A DNA stretch of 64,000 nt from an uncultured Candidatus Saccharibacteria bacterium. Its GTDB lineage: Bacteria; Patescibacteriota; CPR2; UBA1875; CAIMLA01. The DNA lies in contig CAZCRI010000004.1 of the NCBI GenBank assembly GCA_964501135.1, positions 47,238 through 111,237 on the forward strand, read 5' to 3'. The stretch's first letter is position 1. Each line of letters begins with the position of its first letter. Below, piece after piece: positions 36,595 to 45,589 of the stretch. Under the pieces are notes generated by a model, which saw nothing but the letters and a program-made list of their open reading frames with translations, was not told the origin of the DNA and ran no database searches. The position numbers were made by a program, and so were the translations under genes.

Positions 36595-36597
36595 GAA

Positions 36598-37107
36598 TTA
36601 ATTTAGATATTTATCGATGTAAGTCTTGAACTCCGCCTTGGTTCTCTCTCCGGTAATCGTTTCCATTTTCTGGCCGTCTTTAAAGAAAGTAATCGCTGGA
36701 ACGTACTGAAAGGCTTTATCCCAATTCAGAATAAAATCGCGGTTTGCATCAACTGCAACGCTCATCTTCGCGACCACAATCTTGTCACCATATTCATTAG
36801 AAAGCTCCGTAAGTATTGGTGCAATTTTCTGACAGTGTGAGCAAGTTGGTGAATACATGTCCACCACCACCATCTTATTCTTGGTAGTAACCTCATTGAA
36901 ATTCTCTGGTGTCAACAATACCTCGCGGGCACCTAGCTTATCAACGTCGGCTACGCTTGTATCCTCTGCCTTAGTGGTAGTTTTAGTATCACCATCAGCC
37001 GGTTTTGTGCTCCATGAGTAGTAGATAATACCACCGAGAGCTAGTAATGCTACTACAATCAGTCCGATCGTCGCTTTATTTAAGGTAGTGACTGTTTCTT
37101 TTGCCAT
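36598..37107 (-). CDS. Membrane-anchored thioredoxin-like protein
   Basis: 169 aa; N-terminal TM; CxxC active site VVVDMYSPTCSHCQKIAP. Confidence 0.85.
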   Translation of the reverse strand: MAKETVTTLNKATIGLIVVALLALGGIIYYSWSTKPADGDTKTTTKAEDTSVADVDKLGAREVLLTPENFNEVTTKNKMVVVDMYSPTCSHCQKIAPILTELSNEYGDKIVVAKMSVAVDANRDFILNWDKAFQYVPAITFFKDGQKMETITGERTKAEFKTYIDKYLN

Positions 37108-37162
37108 GGTGTATCTCCGTTAATATAGAGAGTATATCAAAATATCCTTGCCTTTGCTACGA

Positions 37163-37191
37163 TTGAAATATAAGCATAAATTTGCTATACT
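37163..37191 (+). promoter_or_regulatory. Sigma70-like promoter for the tRNA-Arg/tRNA-Lys operon (TTGAAA - 17 bp - TATACT)
   Basis: Read directly; leaves an about 125-nt leader before tRNA-Arg. Confidence 0.45.
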
Positions 37192-37324
37192 CTAGTGGCT
37201 TTGAGAGCCCTCTCACGGCCTGGGGTCCCCAAAATCGTTAGATTTTAGGGGAAGAGGAGAAGTTGCGAAAAGTCGAAGCTAGCGGCTACGCCGTCTAGCG
37301 AAAACTGACAGCAGATTTCGACGA

Positions 37325-37400
37325 GCGCCCGTAGCTCAGGGGATAGAGCAGTAGCCTTCTAAGCTATTGGTCGTTGGTTCGAATCCAACCGGGCGCACCA
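37325..37400 (+). tRNA. tRNA-Arg (anticodon UCU)
   Basis: GCGCCCGTAGCTCAGGGGATAGAGCAGTAGCCTTCTAAGCTATTGGTCGTTGGTTCGAATCCAACCGGGCGCACCA; anticodon loop CTTCTAA; encoded CCA. Confidence 0.85.
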
Positions 37401-37449
37401 TATCCTTGATACATGTGTCAAAATCTGTTATAATCTTTTCGTTATTTAC

Positions 37450-37525
37450 GGGCCTGTAGCTCAGTTGGTAGAGCAATTGCCTCTTAAGCAACTGGTCGCG
37501 CGTTCGAGTCGCGCCGGGCCCACCA
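37450..37525 (+). tRNA. tRNA-Lys (anticodon CUU)
   Basis: GGGCCTGTAGCTCAGTTGGTAGAGCAATTGCCTCTTAAGCAACTGGTCGCGCGTTCGAGTCGCGCCGGGCCCACCA; loop CTCTTAA; encoded CCA. Confidence 0.85.
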
Positions 37526-37587
37526 AATATATAAAATGTGAGCCTAACTGGCTCATTTTTATTCTAAAATAAGGTAAAATCAAAGCA

Positions 37588-38793
37588 ATGAACAAGACTA
37601 ACTCTAAACAACTTGGTTTCGCCCTCGGTCGAGATACTGCGCTCTCGGTTGCCGAAATTTTTGCCTATCTACAAAGGCTCGAGATTGAGACTCTATCTCG
37701 GCTGCTCATTGGTGACATACTGATTATTGAAATTCCTGAGGAGCAAAGCAAGCAGATTGATATCAACTCACTTGGTGGCAGTATCAAACTCTTTGAAGTC
37801 CTGGGATACTTTACTACAGGTAACGAAATTGCCGAAAAATTGCTTTCCGAAGTCAATTACGAATCAGAAAAACGAGTGAACTTTGGCGTCTCTGGATACG
37901 GAAATGTGAACAAAAATTTTGTTCTAAAGGCAGGTTATGACGTCAAAAATAAACTTCAAGAAAGTGGATATGCCGCTCGATTTGTTACTGGCAAAACAGT
38001 AGACCTTTCGAGCGTAATTGTTAACGAAAACAAGCTCATTGAGCGTGGTTTCGAGGCCATCATTGTGAAATCTGGCTCCGACTATATCCTAGGCAAGACT
38101 CTGGCGGTTCAAGACTACAAAGCCTACTCCAAACGTGACTTCGGCCGCCCAGTTCGCGATACCCGTAACGGAATGCTACCACCAAAGCTTGCCCAGATGA
38201 TGATTAACTTTGCCGCCGCACCACTAAGCTCTGTCGTTTATGATCCCTTCTGCGGTAGTGGAACAATTCTTCAAGAAGCTCTATTTCTTGGTTATCGTAA
38301 TATTTACGGTAGCGACATCGAAAAAAAGAACATTGCCGATACTCTCACCAATATGGAGTGGCTCTACCAGCGTTTTGGGATGCCTAAAATCACTGAGGAG
38401 AGGGTCTTTCTCTCCGATATTCTGAAACCGGAAAAAGAAATTACAAGCGCTGCCATTGTCGGTGAAGGCTACCTAGGAGAGCCGGTTCGCAGACGCAAGG
38501 ATAAAGCGATTGCAGATTCACAGAAACTAGCACAATTCTACGTCCATGCTCTGGCCAACATCACTTGTCAGCTAGAGAAAGATGGGACTATCGTCCTGGC
38601 AGTTCCTTTCTTTATCGTAGAAAAAGAATATGTATATCTACCACTAATGGACAAACTCGAAGGGTTGGGCCTTACAACAGTTAATTACATACCGAAAGAC
38701 CTAGGGATCCGTCGCTTTGGCCGCGGAAACCTCACCTACTCACGAGCTGATCAGTTTGTGGGACGGGAAATTCTCGTACTCAAAAAGAGCTAG
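37588..38793 (+). CDS. Putative SAM-dependent RNA methyltransferase (UPF0020 / THUMP-associated N6/N2 methylase family)
   Basis: 401 aa; motif I VYDPFCGSGTILQEA typical of RlmL/Trm14-type methylases. Confidence 0.6.
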   Translation: MNKTNSKQLGFALGRDTALSVAEIFAYLQRLEIETLSRLLIGDILIIEIPEEQSKQIDINSLGGSIKLFEVLGYFTTGNEIAEKLLSEVNYESEKRVNFGVSGYGNVNKNFVLKAGYDVKNKLQESGYAARFVTGKTVDLSSVIVNENKLIERGFEAIIVKSGSDYILGKTLAVQDYKAYSKRDFGRPVRDTRNGMLPPKLAQMMINFAAAPLSSVVYDPFCGSGTILQEALFLGYRNIYGSDIEKKNIADTLTNMEWLYQRFGMPKITEERVFLSDILKPEKEITSAAIVGEGYLGEPVRRRKDKAIADSQKLAQFYVHALANITCQLEKDGTIVLAVPFFIVEKEYVYLPLMDKLEGLGLTTVNYIPKDLGIRRFGRGNLTYSRADQFVGREILVLKKS

Positions 38794-38814
38794 CCAGCCG
38801 GCTAGCTCTTTTTT
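38787..38814. terminator. Bidirectional rho-independent terminator (perfect 9-bp stem)
   Basis: gagctagcc-agcc-ggctagctc-tttttt. Confidence 0.75.
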
Positions 38815-38822
38815 ATGAGACA

Positions 38823-40034
38823 TCACTCGTATCTGAGAGCTTCGATTGGATCCTTCTGGGCCGCTCGAAGTGCTGGCCAAAGGCCGAAAATCACCCCAAT
38901 CACAGTAGAAACACCGAGCGCTACCAATATTACATCTGGTGTAATAGAAGGTGTCAGTGGTGTTTTTGCTGCCACCACAGCTCCTACTGCGAACGAAATC
39001 AAAAGACCAATGAGTCCACCGATTAAGGTTACAAAAACTGCTTCTACTAAAAACTGAGTAGCGATAGCAAACTTTGTCGCCCCAACTGCTTTACGCAAAC
39101 CAATCTCTTTCGTTCTTTCCGTCACTGTCACTAACATGATATTCATAATTCCAATACCGCCGACTACAAGAGAAATAGCTGCTATCGCTGAAACCAGAGT
39201 CGTCGCAAGCGAAAGAAATTGATCAAAGAGCCCTAATATATCATCTTGCGTCAACACAGAGAAATTCTCTTCCCCGCCATGAGACTTAAGAATTGCCTTT
39301 TTTACATCTGCCTTCACCGTAGAAACCTTGGCATCATTTGCGGCCTTTACTACGATACGGTTAATCGTCACTTTACCCTTATTCAAGGCCGTTGCTGTGT
39401 CAAAAGGAACTACGGACAAAGACCCAAATTCACTGCCAAAAATACTGGAGGCTTGCACGTCATCAAAAACCCCAACAACCGTAAATGGTCTTTTGTTAAT
39501 TTCCAGCGTTTTACCAAGAGCATCGGTATCTCCAAAAACGTCCTTCTTCACGCCCGGTCCAATTACCACTACATCGCCCGCCGCATTAGAATCAAACATT
39601 TTACCGCTCTTGATTTTAAGGATTTCCAGAGCTTTATCAAAGTTGGGGTAAGTACCCGTGACGGCTGTCGAAACCGGCTTACCATCATAAGTAACATTTC
39701 CGGCAACCAAAGACATAGGTGCTACTTCTTTAACTCCTCCTACGCTCTTGATAGCGTCCAAATCTGGCAAAGTCAGGATGTCACCAGCAATAAAGTTTGC
39801 CGGGTTGGAACCACCCATACCGGAGCCACTCTTTGTGTCGATCTTTCCAGCCGTAACAAACATCAGGTTCGAACCGAAACCACGGATTAAGGTAGATACT
39901 TCATCTTTTAAGCCCTGCCCCAAAGAGACCAGGATTGTTACCGAAGCAACACCAATCACAATTCCCAGAACCGTTAGCACACTGCGGACTTTGTTGGACC
40001 AAATAGACAATAGAGCTGTCTTTACACTTTCCAT
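38823..40034 (-). CDS. ABC transporter permease, FtsX/MacB family
   Basis: 403 aa; N-terminal TM, large periplasmic MacB_PCD-like domain, C-terminal FtsX 3-TM bundle. Confidence 0.85.
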   Translation of the reverse strand: MESVKTALLSIWSNKVRSVLTVLGIVIGVASVTILVSLGQGLKDEVSTLIRGFGSNLMFVTAGKIDTKSGSGMGGSNPANFIAGDILTLPDLDAIKSVGGVKEVAPMSLVAGNVTYDGKPVSTAVTGTYPNFDKALEILKIKSGKMFDSNAAGDVVVIGPGVKKDVFGDTDALGKTLEINKRPFTVVGVFDDVQASSIFGSEFGSLSVVPFDTATALNKGKVTINRIVVKAANDAKVSTVKADVKKAILKSHGGEENFSVLTQDDILGLFDQFLSLATTLVSAIAAISLVVGGIGIMNIMLVTVTERTKEIGLRKAVGATKFAIATQFLVEAVFVTLIGGLIGLLISFAVGAVVAAKTPLTPSITPDVILVALGVSTVIGVIFGLWPALRAAQKDPIEALRYE

Positions 40035-40726
40035 TACTTTGCTCCTTTCTCGGGTTTTTGAACTTCGCCGTCCAAAATTCTTATCGTTCTATCGGCAAAA
40101 TCGGCTATTCGTTGATCATGGGTAATGAGAATAACCGTTTTCCCTTTTTTATTTAGCTCTGTAAGTAAATTCATAATCTCCGTGCCACTCTTACTATCGA
40201 GATTTCCAGTAGGTTCGTCAGCAAGAATAATATCGGGATTATTGATTAGGGACCGAGCGATAGCGACACGCTGAATCTGGCCACCAGATAGCTCTGTCGG
40301 CTTGTGGTCTTCGCGACCGGCAAGACCTACCTCTCGCAAAAGCTCCTTTGCCCTCGCTTCACGATCAACCTTACCGACCTTTCGGTACTGAGTAGGCATC
40401 AAGACATTTTTCATCGCTGTAATCTTTGACAGGAGGTTGAATGTCTGGAAGACAAAACCAATCCGCTCGGAACGTAACTTTGCTAGCTTGGAATCGGCCA
40501 TATCGAGCTCAATTCTCTTACCAGCGATAAAGAGCTCGCCTTTTGTCGGTCGATCTAGTAAACCAATTATATGCATTAGTGTAGATTTACCAGATCCAGA
40601 TGGACCCATTATGGCCACGAACTCACCGGTTTCGATTTTGATATCGATATTTTTCAGGGCATCAACATGTAGTTTCCCTGTTTTGTATGATTTTGATACT
40701 TTTCTAAGCTCAATTGCTACTGACAT
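40034..40726 (-). CDS. ABC transporter ATP-binding protein (MacB/LolD type)
   Basis: 230 aa; Walker A GPSGSGKSTLM, signature LSGGQIQRVAIARSL, Walker B ILADEPTGNLD. Confidence 0.9.
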   Translation of the reverse strand: MSVAIELRKVSKSYKTGKLHVDALKNIDIKIETGEFVAIMGPSGSGKSTLMHIIGLLDRPTKGELFIAGKRIELDMADSKLAKLRSERIGFVFQTFNLLSKITAMKNVLMPTQYRKVGKVDREARAKELLREVGLAGREDHKPTELSGGQIQRVAIARSLINNPDIILADEPTGNLDSKSGTEIMNLLTELNKKGKTVILITHDQRIADFADRTIRILDGEVQKPEKGAK

Positions 40727-40727
40727 A

Positions 40728-41906
40728 TCACTCCCATCTAAATAGTTTAATGGCTAAGACAAACATAATTATTGCCCATATAGCGAGTCCTATCAGGTCT
40801 CCGCTAATCTGAGTTATAGTATACCCCTTTACCATGACATTTCGGAGAGCGTCCGAAAAGTAGGTCAGGGGGAAGTAATCCGATGCCTTCAGTAACCAGT
40901 CAGGAAATGCATCTCGTGGGAAAAAGATACCAGAGAGGAACATCTGAGGGAACACGAACAAGTTAGCAAGAGCTGCCACAGTGTTTTGAGTACTGGCGAT
41001 TCCCGAAAGTGCAAAGCCCATCGACAGGAAGATCAATCCTCCAGCGACAATCAAGAGGACCACGAGACCAAGGCTTCCGACAATATGCAAGTTGAATGCC
41101 AGGATACCAAGGAGTATCAGGATCGATGCCTGCATAAAAGTGATGATAACCCTAGAGACGATCTGAGAGAAGATAATAACCCCAGGGTGGATAGGCGTGG
41201 CCAAGAGACGTTTCAGGATGCCCCTCTCACGCCATGAAACTATCTGGCCAGTGACAGCGAAGATAGAGAGCTGCATTACACTCATTGCCACAAGCCCCGG
41301 GATCAAAAAGTCGATATATTTAAGGTCATTACCGGATATAGAGAGCTGTCTTACCTCAAAGAAGTTCGGGACTCTTGCAATCTGGTGCGTTACCCCGTCA
41401 AATATCTTGTCGAAAACTGTGAAACCGACACTTATGGTAGAAGAGTTCTGACTCTGATCATAGTAGATATCGATTCTCTGCGGCGTTACTGTCGATACTG
41501 CTTGCTGTTGCGATACTGGCAACTTCGCTAGCTCAGCTTGCTTTGCACCGTACTCGGCAAAATTGGAGCCGAAACCCTCAGGAATCACGATTGCATAGGT
41601 CTGCTTGGAGTTTTTGAGGTCCGCAAGAGCGTCATTCTTGCTCTTCGTGGTAATCGTAAAGACACTGACCTTTTGCAGCGCTGTTACAACTTGCTGTGAC
41701 GCATGATTTTTTGCCTCATCAACGACCGCGACATTAAACTTAACGCCGCCACCCGTATTGATGACACCAAAAATACTCATCAACATCACAGGGATAAAAA
41801 GCGAGAAGAAAATGGCGGTTTTCTCACGGAAAAACATCAGTATCATGTATTTAGCGATTGTAAGCGTGTTTAGGATTTCTTTTTTGATTTTACGTAAGTT
41901 CATCAT
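40728..41906 (-). CDS. ABC-2 family transporter permease
   Basis: 392 aa; N-terminal TM, extracytoplasmic loop, 5 C-terminal TM helices. Confidence 0.75.
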   Translation of the reverse strand: MMNLRKIKKEILNTLTIAKYMILMFFREKTAIFFSLFIPVMLMSIFGVINTGGGVKFNVAVVDEAKNHASQQVVTALQKVSVFTITTKSKNDALADLKNSKQTYAIVIPEGFGSNFAEYGAKQAELAKLPVSQQQAVSTVTPQRIDIYYDQSQNSSTISVGFTVFDKIFDGVTHQIARVPNFFEVRQLSISGNDLKYIDFLIPGLVAMSVMQLSIFAVTGQIVSWRERGILKRLLATPIHPGVIIFSQIVSRVIITFMQASILILLGILAFNLHIVGSLGLVVLLIVAGGLIFLSMGFALSGIASTQNTVAALANLFVFPQMFLSGIFFPRDAFPDWLLKASDYFPLTYFSDALRNVMVKGYTITQISGDLIGLAIWAIIMFVLAIKLFRWE

Positions 41907-42667
41907 TAGTCCCTCAATGTCTTTCCGGTTAAGTCTAGGAATACGTCTTCAAGTGTTGCCTCTTGCACCACTTTTTTCTTCCTGAACCCACGACCGAGTA
42001 GTTTCTTGATTAGGTTTGCCGGGCTATCGATATCGATAATTTGACCCTTGTCTACTACAGCCACGCGGTCACACAGCTCCTCGGCCTCATCCATGTAGTG
42101 AGTAGTAATAACAACAGTCATACCTTTCCCATTTATATCTCGAATCAAGTCCCATAGATGGCGCCTAGCCTGAGGGTCCAGACCTGTAGTCGGCTCGTCA
42201 AGAAAGAGCACTTCCGGCCTATTTACCAATGCTGACGCTATAGAGAAACGCTGTTTTTGCCCGCCAGAAAGTTTCTTCACCTGAGTTTTTGCTTTCTCTG
42301 TCAGTCCAACCTCTTCAAGAACCCTCATAGCGTCCACTCTAACCCCATAAAGGGAAGAGAAGAATTTTATCAGCTCCTCGAGCGTCAAGTTGTCAAAAAA
42401 AGCCGATGATTGGAGCTGCACACCAATGAGCGCCTTTACCTTCGACTGATCCTCACAAACATTTACCCCGGCGACGAAAATGTCTCCGCTGTCACTTTTA
42501 CGTAACCCTTCGAGCATCTCGAGGGTAGTGGTTTTCCCGGCACCATTTGGCCCGAGCATTCCGAAGACTTCACCCTTTTTGACTTCAAAGCTGATGCCGC
42601 GAACAGCCTTCACGTCGCCAAAGGATTTTTGCAAATTCTTTACAGTTATAATGTTTTCTGGCATCAC
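41906..42667 (-). CDS. ABC transporter ATP-binding protein
   Basis: 253 aa; Walker A GPNGAGKTT, LSGGQKQR, Walker B LFLDEPTTGLD. Confidence 0.9.
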   Translation of the reverse strand: MMPENIITVKNLQKSFGDVKAVRGISFEVKKGEVFGMLGPNGAGKTTTLEMLEGLRKSDSGDIFVAGVNVCEDQSKVKALIGVQLQSSAFFDNLTLEELIKFFSSLYGVRVDAMRVLEEVGLTEKAKTQVKKLSGGQKQRFSIASALVNRPEVLFLDEPTTGLDPQARRHLWDLIRDINGKGMTVVITTHYMDEAEELCDRVAVVDKGQIIDIDSPANLIKKLLGRGFRKKKVVQEATLEDVFLDLTGKTLRD

Positions 42668-42906
42668 TTCTCCTTCCTGATTATAGACTCGATTTTGGCG
42701 TGTTGCCTCGTCATCTCGTTTGAGAGCTTCTCGAACGCGGAGAGCTTCATCAGCATCAATCCCTTCTTGTCTATGCTCATAACCAGGAGCTTCTCGCCTT
42801 TTTCTAAGCCCAAGGCATTTCTAGCCTCTACAGGAATAACCACCTGTCCTTTATCGCTAACAACGGTACTCCCGTAGAATTCTGGTTGCGGCATTTTCAT
42901 TTTCAC
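42664..42906 (-). CDS. AbrB/MazE/SpoVT-family DNA-binding protein (swapped-hairpin); probable regulator or antitoxin-like
   Basis: 80 aa; SDKGQVVIPVEARNALGLEKGEKLLV matches the AbrB/MazE looped-hinge motif; 4-nt overlap with the downstream ABC ATPase. Confidence 0.6.
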   Translation of the reverse strand: MKMKMPQPEFYGSTVVSDKGQVVIPVEARNALGLEKGEKLLVMSIDKKGLMLMKLSAFEKLSNEMTRQHAKIESIIRKEK

Positions 42907-42971
42907 CTCTTACTTTTCTTACTTGTAGTAATTGTAATACTTCATGACTTTTTAGTCAATCGCTATTCTTC

Positions 42972-43000
42972 TTGAAGAAATACCCATCTTGCAGTATAAT
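42972..43000 (+). promoter_or_regulatory. Sigma70-like promoter for tRNA-Pro (TTGAAG - 17 bp - TATAAT)
   Basis: Read directly; 20 nt upstream of the tRNA 5' end. Confidence 0.5.
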
Positions 43001-43020
43001 TATCGAGTTAATTCTACTCC

Positions 43021-43097
43021 TCGGGGTGTAGCACAGTTGGCTAGTGCGCGCGGTTTGGGACCGCGAGGTCGAAGGTTCGAGTCCTTTCACCCCGACC
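43021..43097 (+). tRNA. tRNA-Pro (anticodon UGG)
   Basis: CGGGGTGTAGCACAGTTGGCTAGTGCGCGCGGTTTGGGACCGCGAGGTCGAAGGTTCGAGTCCTTTCACCCCGACCA; loop TTTGGGA; encoded CCA. Confidence 0.85.
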
Positions 43098-43133
43098 AAA
43101 TATATTCAAAAACAATCTCTTGTAGATTGTTTT

Positions 43134-44633
43134 TTAGTTCCTACGTAATACCTCAAAGGTTTCGAAGCTCTTTTCGCTGTGATAATGAGTGTCAAAATAG
43201 TTCACCATCGGCCTGTTTTTGTAATAGAGGCCTTCTCTGTCCTTGTAGACGACGACATATTTTGCTTGCGACCTTTCCATGTCGGCAACAAATTTACCGT
43301 CTAGATCAAAACCATAACCATCACGATAATCAAGGAGTAAAACACTCGCAGAGATAAAGCGTGACCCACTATCCCTGCGCGCTAACTGATAAAAAGTGGC
43401 GCCATAATCGGCAGCAAAAACCTTGTCGTTTGGAGTAGTATTATCATCCACATACTTTGCAATCTGCTGATATTCAAGAGCTTCTGCATGAGTTCTACCG
43501 ACAAAACCCCTAACCATCTCGAAGCTTGAGTAGCCGATATTGATTGCGGCACCAAATACAAACACTCCGATGAAGAAAAATCCCAAAGGTTTTCGCCACT
43601 GAGCCGCCATCAGCAAAAGATATGCCGCTGCAATTGCATAAGCCGGCATGAGAATCTGGAAGTAGTAGAGATATGGCACCCCAACGGCAAAGAAAGCCGA
43701 CGAACCAAAAATAAAGGTCAATGAAAAATAAAGATATTCGTGGTTATCTCGCAGCCTCCAGGAGCGTGCGATAAAGATTAATGGTACCACTAGTATCAAC
43801 GGTGCCGCAAAGGCGACTAAAACGTAGAAAATCCCCAGATTGCTCAAGTCCCCCTTCCAAGCACTGGTCGAATACTTGGCGCTAAAAGTAAATGAAGCGA
43901 AAATAAATTCGTTCAGAGTACCCTTGCCGATAAAATAAATGGCCCAGGCGCCGGCAGCAATAATTAACGGCAATCCGAATGCCAACGCGTAACCGATGAA
44001 CTTCTGAAGCTCTCGCCAATAGTCGACGAGCAGCATGATTCCAATAGGGGCGGCCAGGAGTAAAAAGTTACCCTTCATGAAGAAAAGCACCGCAAAACAG
44101 CACCCAGAGAGCGCCAGCTTCCACCATTTTCGATCTTCGCGAAAAGAGAAATAGCCAAGCAACATGCCGAGGTAAAGAACGAGGCCAAAATTCTCATTAT
44201 TATTTCCACTACTCGTAAACTGGGAAAGATTACGCCAAAATACATAGATTAGAAGCGAGAGCTTGGTAAACAACTCCGTCTTTTGTGGTATGAGTTTGGG
44301 GGCAAGCTTCTTTGCGAGTAACCAAAACAGATAAATGTCGATGAGCGCGAATGCCGTGAGTAGCACCCGATGAACCACGATGCTATCACCTAATAATGAC
44401 ATCAGTCCATTGAGAAGGAATATTACCGGTGGCTTGTGATCCCAAGCCGTGACATACAGTGAACCGCCGTGGAGCCAATTCTTGCCAACATAAAAGAAAA
44501 TCCAATGATCGCTATCGAATGGGTATAGCCAAGTTCCAAGCCGACATACGACAAAAGTAAATATAATAAGCGACCAATAGGCTATTGGGTTGCTCCAAAA
44601 TTTGCTGACTTGCTGCTTGATACTATCTAACAT
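43134..44633 (-). CDS. Integral-membrane glycosyltransferase, GT39/ArnT-like (PMT_2 superfamily)
   Basis: About 500 aa from the Met of MLDSIKQQ (the ORF track's 564-aa form starts inside the upstream gene); more than 10 TM helices; large-membrane-glycosyltransferase topology. Confidence 0.6.
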   Translation of the reverse strand: MLDSIKQQVSKFWSNPIAYWSLIIFTFVVCRLGTWLYPFDSDHWIFFYVGKNWLHGGSLYVTAWDHKPPVIFLLNGLMSLLGDSIVVHRVLLTAFALIDIYLFWLLAKKLAPKLIPQKTELFTKLSLLIYVFWRNLSQFTSSGNNNENFGLVLYLGMLLGYFSFREDRKWWKLALSGCCFAVLFFMKGNFLLLAAPIGIMLLVDYWRELQKFIGYALAFGLPLIIAAGAWAIYFIGKGTLNEFIFASFTFSAKYSTSAWKGDLSNLGIFYVLVAFAAPLILVVPLIFIARSWRLRDNHEYLYFSLTFIFGSSAFFAVGVPYLYYFQILMPAYAIAAAYLLLMAAQWRKPLGFFFIGVFVFGAAINIGYSSFEMVRGFVGRTHAEALEYQQIAKYVDDNTTPNDKVFAADYGATFYQLARRDSGSRFISASVLLLDYRDGYGFDLDGKFVADMERSQAKYVVVYKDREGLYYKNRPMVNYFDTHYHSEKSFETFEVLRRN

Positions 44634-45208
44634 CTGTAGCCACTCTTTCCACACCAAGCTGAGCCATGAGCCGATCGACAGCCAAATATAAGTGCGCGAG
44701 ATCCGACTCGTTACCCACCGTGTAATCGGCCGCTTGTATCGCGGCGTCAACATTCTGTTCAGCCTCATTTTTACTGTTACCCTCTGCCAATTCTTGTTTT
44801 TCGAAGTCCTCAAAGGAAACTCGGTCACTTACCCTACCTCTAGCTTTTGCCCACTCGTAACGCTTTTCGATTGGTGCTACTGCAGCGATAATGATACACC
44901 CGGCATCTCTTGCTGCCTGAATTTCACCCACTGCTCTTAAACCGTTCACTGCCACCCGATCCGCCTGTGAATCTAAGGCTAATCGAAGAAAGTAATCAGC
45001 GCCCTTGGCAGCTCGAACCTCGTTTGCCACCTTTTGCATCATATCCCTAGTGGGTTCACCAAGGTCATTTGCGGCCATATAGTCACGAACCATTTGCCCG
45101 GTCGGCAGGTGGGTAAATCCATACTCGGATGCTAAATATTCACCCACGGTGTCTTTACCGCTGAGTGGATGCCCAACAATTGCAATTTTTATCTGTTTTG
45201 TGCTCATC
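44623..45208 (-). CDS. P-loop nucleotide/nucleoside kinase-like protein
   Basis: Start at the Met of MSTKQIKIAIVGHPLSGKDTVGEY (P-loop). The ORF track's N-terminal extension (GLEPP..., KGIEPLS...) is a translation through antisense tRNA genes and is rejected. Confidence 0.55.
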
Positions 45209-45250
45209 TTTGATATTATAACAAAAAGAATGGCTACAAGCTGATTTATA

Positions 45251-45279
45251 TTGAAAGAAACGGCTTTTTCTGCTAGAAT
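45251..45279 (+). promoter_or_regulatory. Sigma70-like promoter for the tRNA-Gly/Arg/His operon (TTGAAA - 17 bp - TAGAAT)
   Basis: Read directly. Confidence 0.45.
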
Positions 45280-45298
45280 AACTAGGCATTTTGGTCGC

Positions 45299-45374
45299 GC
45301 GGGTATCGTATAATGGTTTATTATGCGACCCTTCCAAGGTCGAGATAAGGGTTCGATTCCCTTTACCCGCTCCA
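45299..45374 (+). tRNA. tRNA-Gly (anticodon UCC)
   Basis: GCGGGTATCGTATAATGG...CGACCCTTCCAAGGTCG...GGGTTCGATTCCCTTTACCCGCTCCA; loop CTTCCAA. Confidence 0.85.
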
Positions 45375-45377
45375 TTT

Positions 45378-45455
45378 GCGCCCGTAGCTCAGTTGGATTA
45401 GAGCGTGTGGTTTCGGCCCACAAGGCCGGGGGTTCGAGCCCCTCCGGGCGCACCA
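45378..45455 (+). tRNA. tRNA-Arg (anticodon UCG)
   Basis: GCGCCCGTAGCTCAGTTGGATTAGAGCGTGTGGTTTCGGCCCACAAGGCCGGGGGTTCGAGCCCCTCCGGGCGCACCA; stem TGTGG/CCACA; loop TTTCGGC. Confidence 0.8.
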
Positions 45456-45469
45456 AAAAGTTTGGACAT

Positions 45470-45546
45470 GGTGACTGTAGCTCAGCTGGTAGAGCTCCGG
45501 TTTGTGGTACCGGCGGTCGCGGGTTCGAGCCCCGTCAGTCACCCCA
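45470..45546 (+). tRNA. tRNA-His (anticodon GUG) with encoded G-1 and C73 discriminator
   Basis: G-GTGACTGTAGCTCAGCTGGTAGAGCTCCGGTTTGTGGTACCGGCGGTCGCGGGTTCGAGCCCCGTCAGTCACCCCA; loop TTGTGGT. Confidence 0.85.
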
Positions 45547-45558
45547 TATGAAATTTAA

Positions 45559-45583
45559 AAGAACCCCTTGCGGGGTTCTTTTT
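45559..45583. terminator. Bidirectional rho-independent terminator after the tRNA operon and the convergent HU gene
   Basis: aaaagaaccccttgcggggttcttttt. Confidence 0.75.
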
Positions 45584-45589
45584 GAATAC

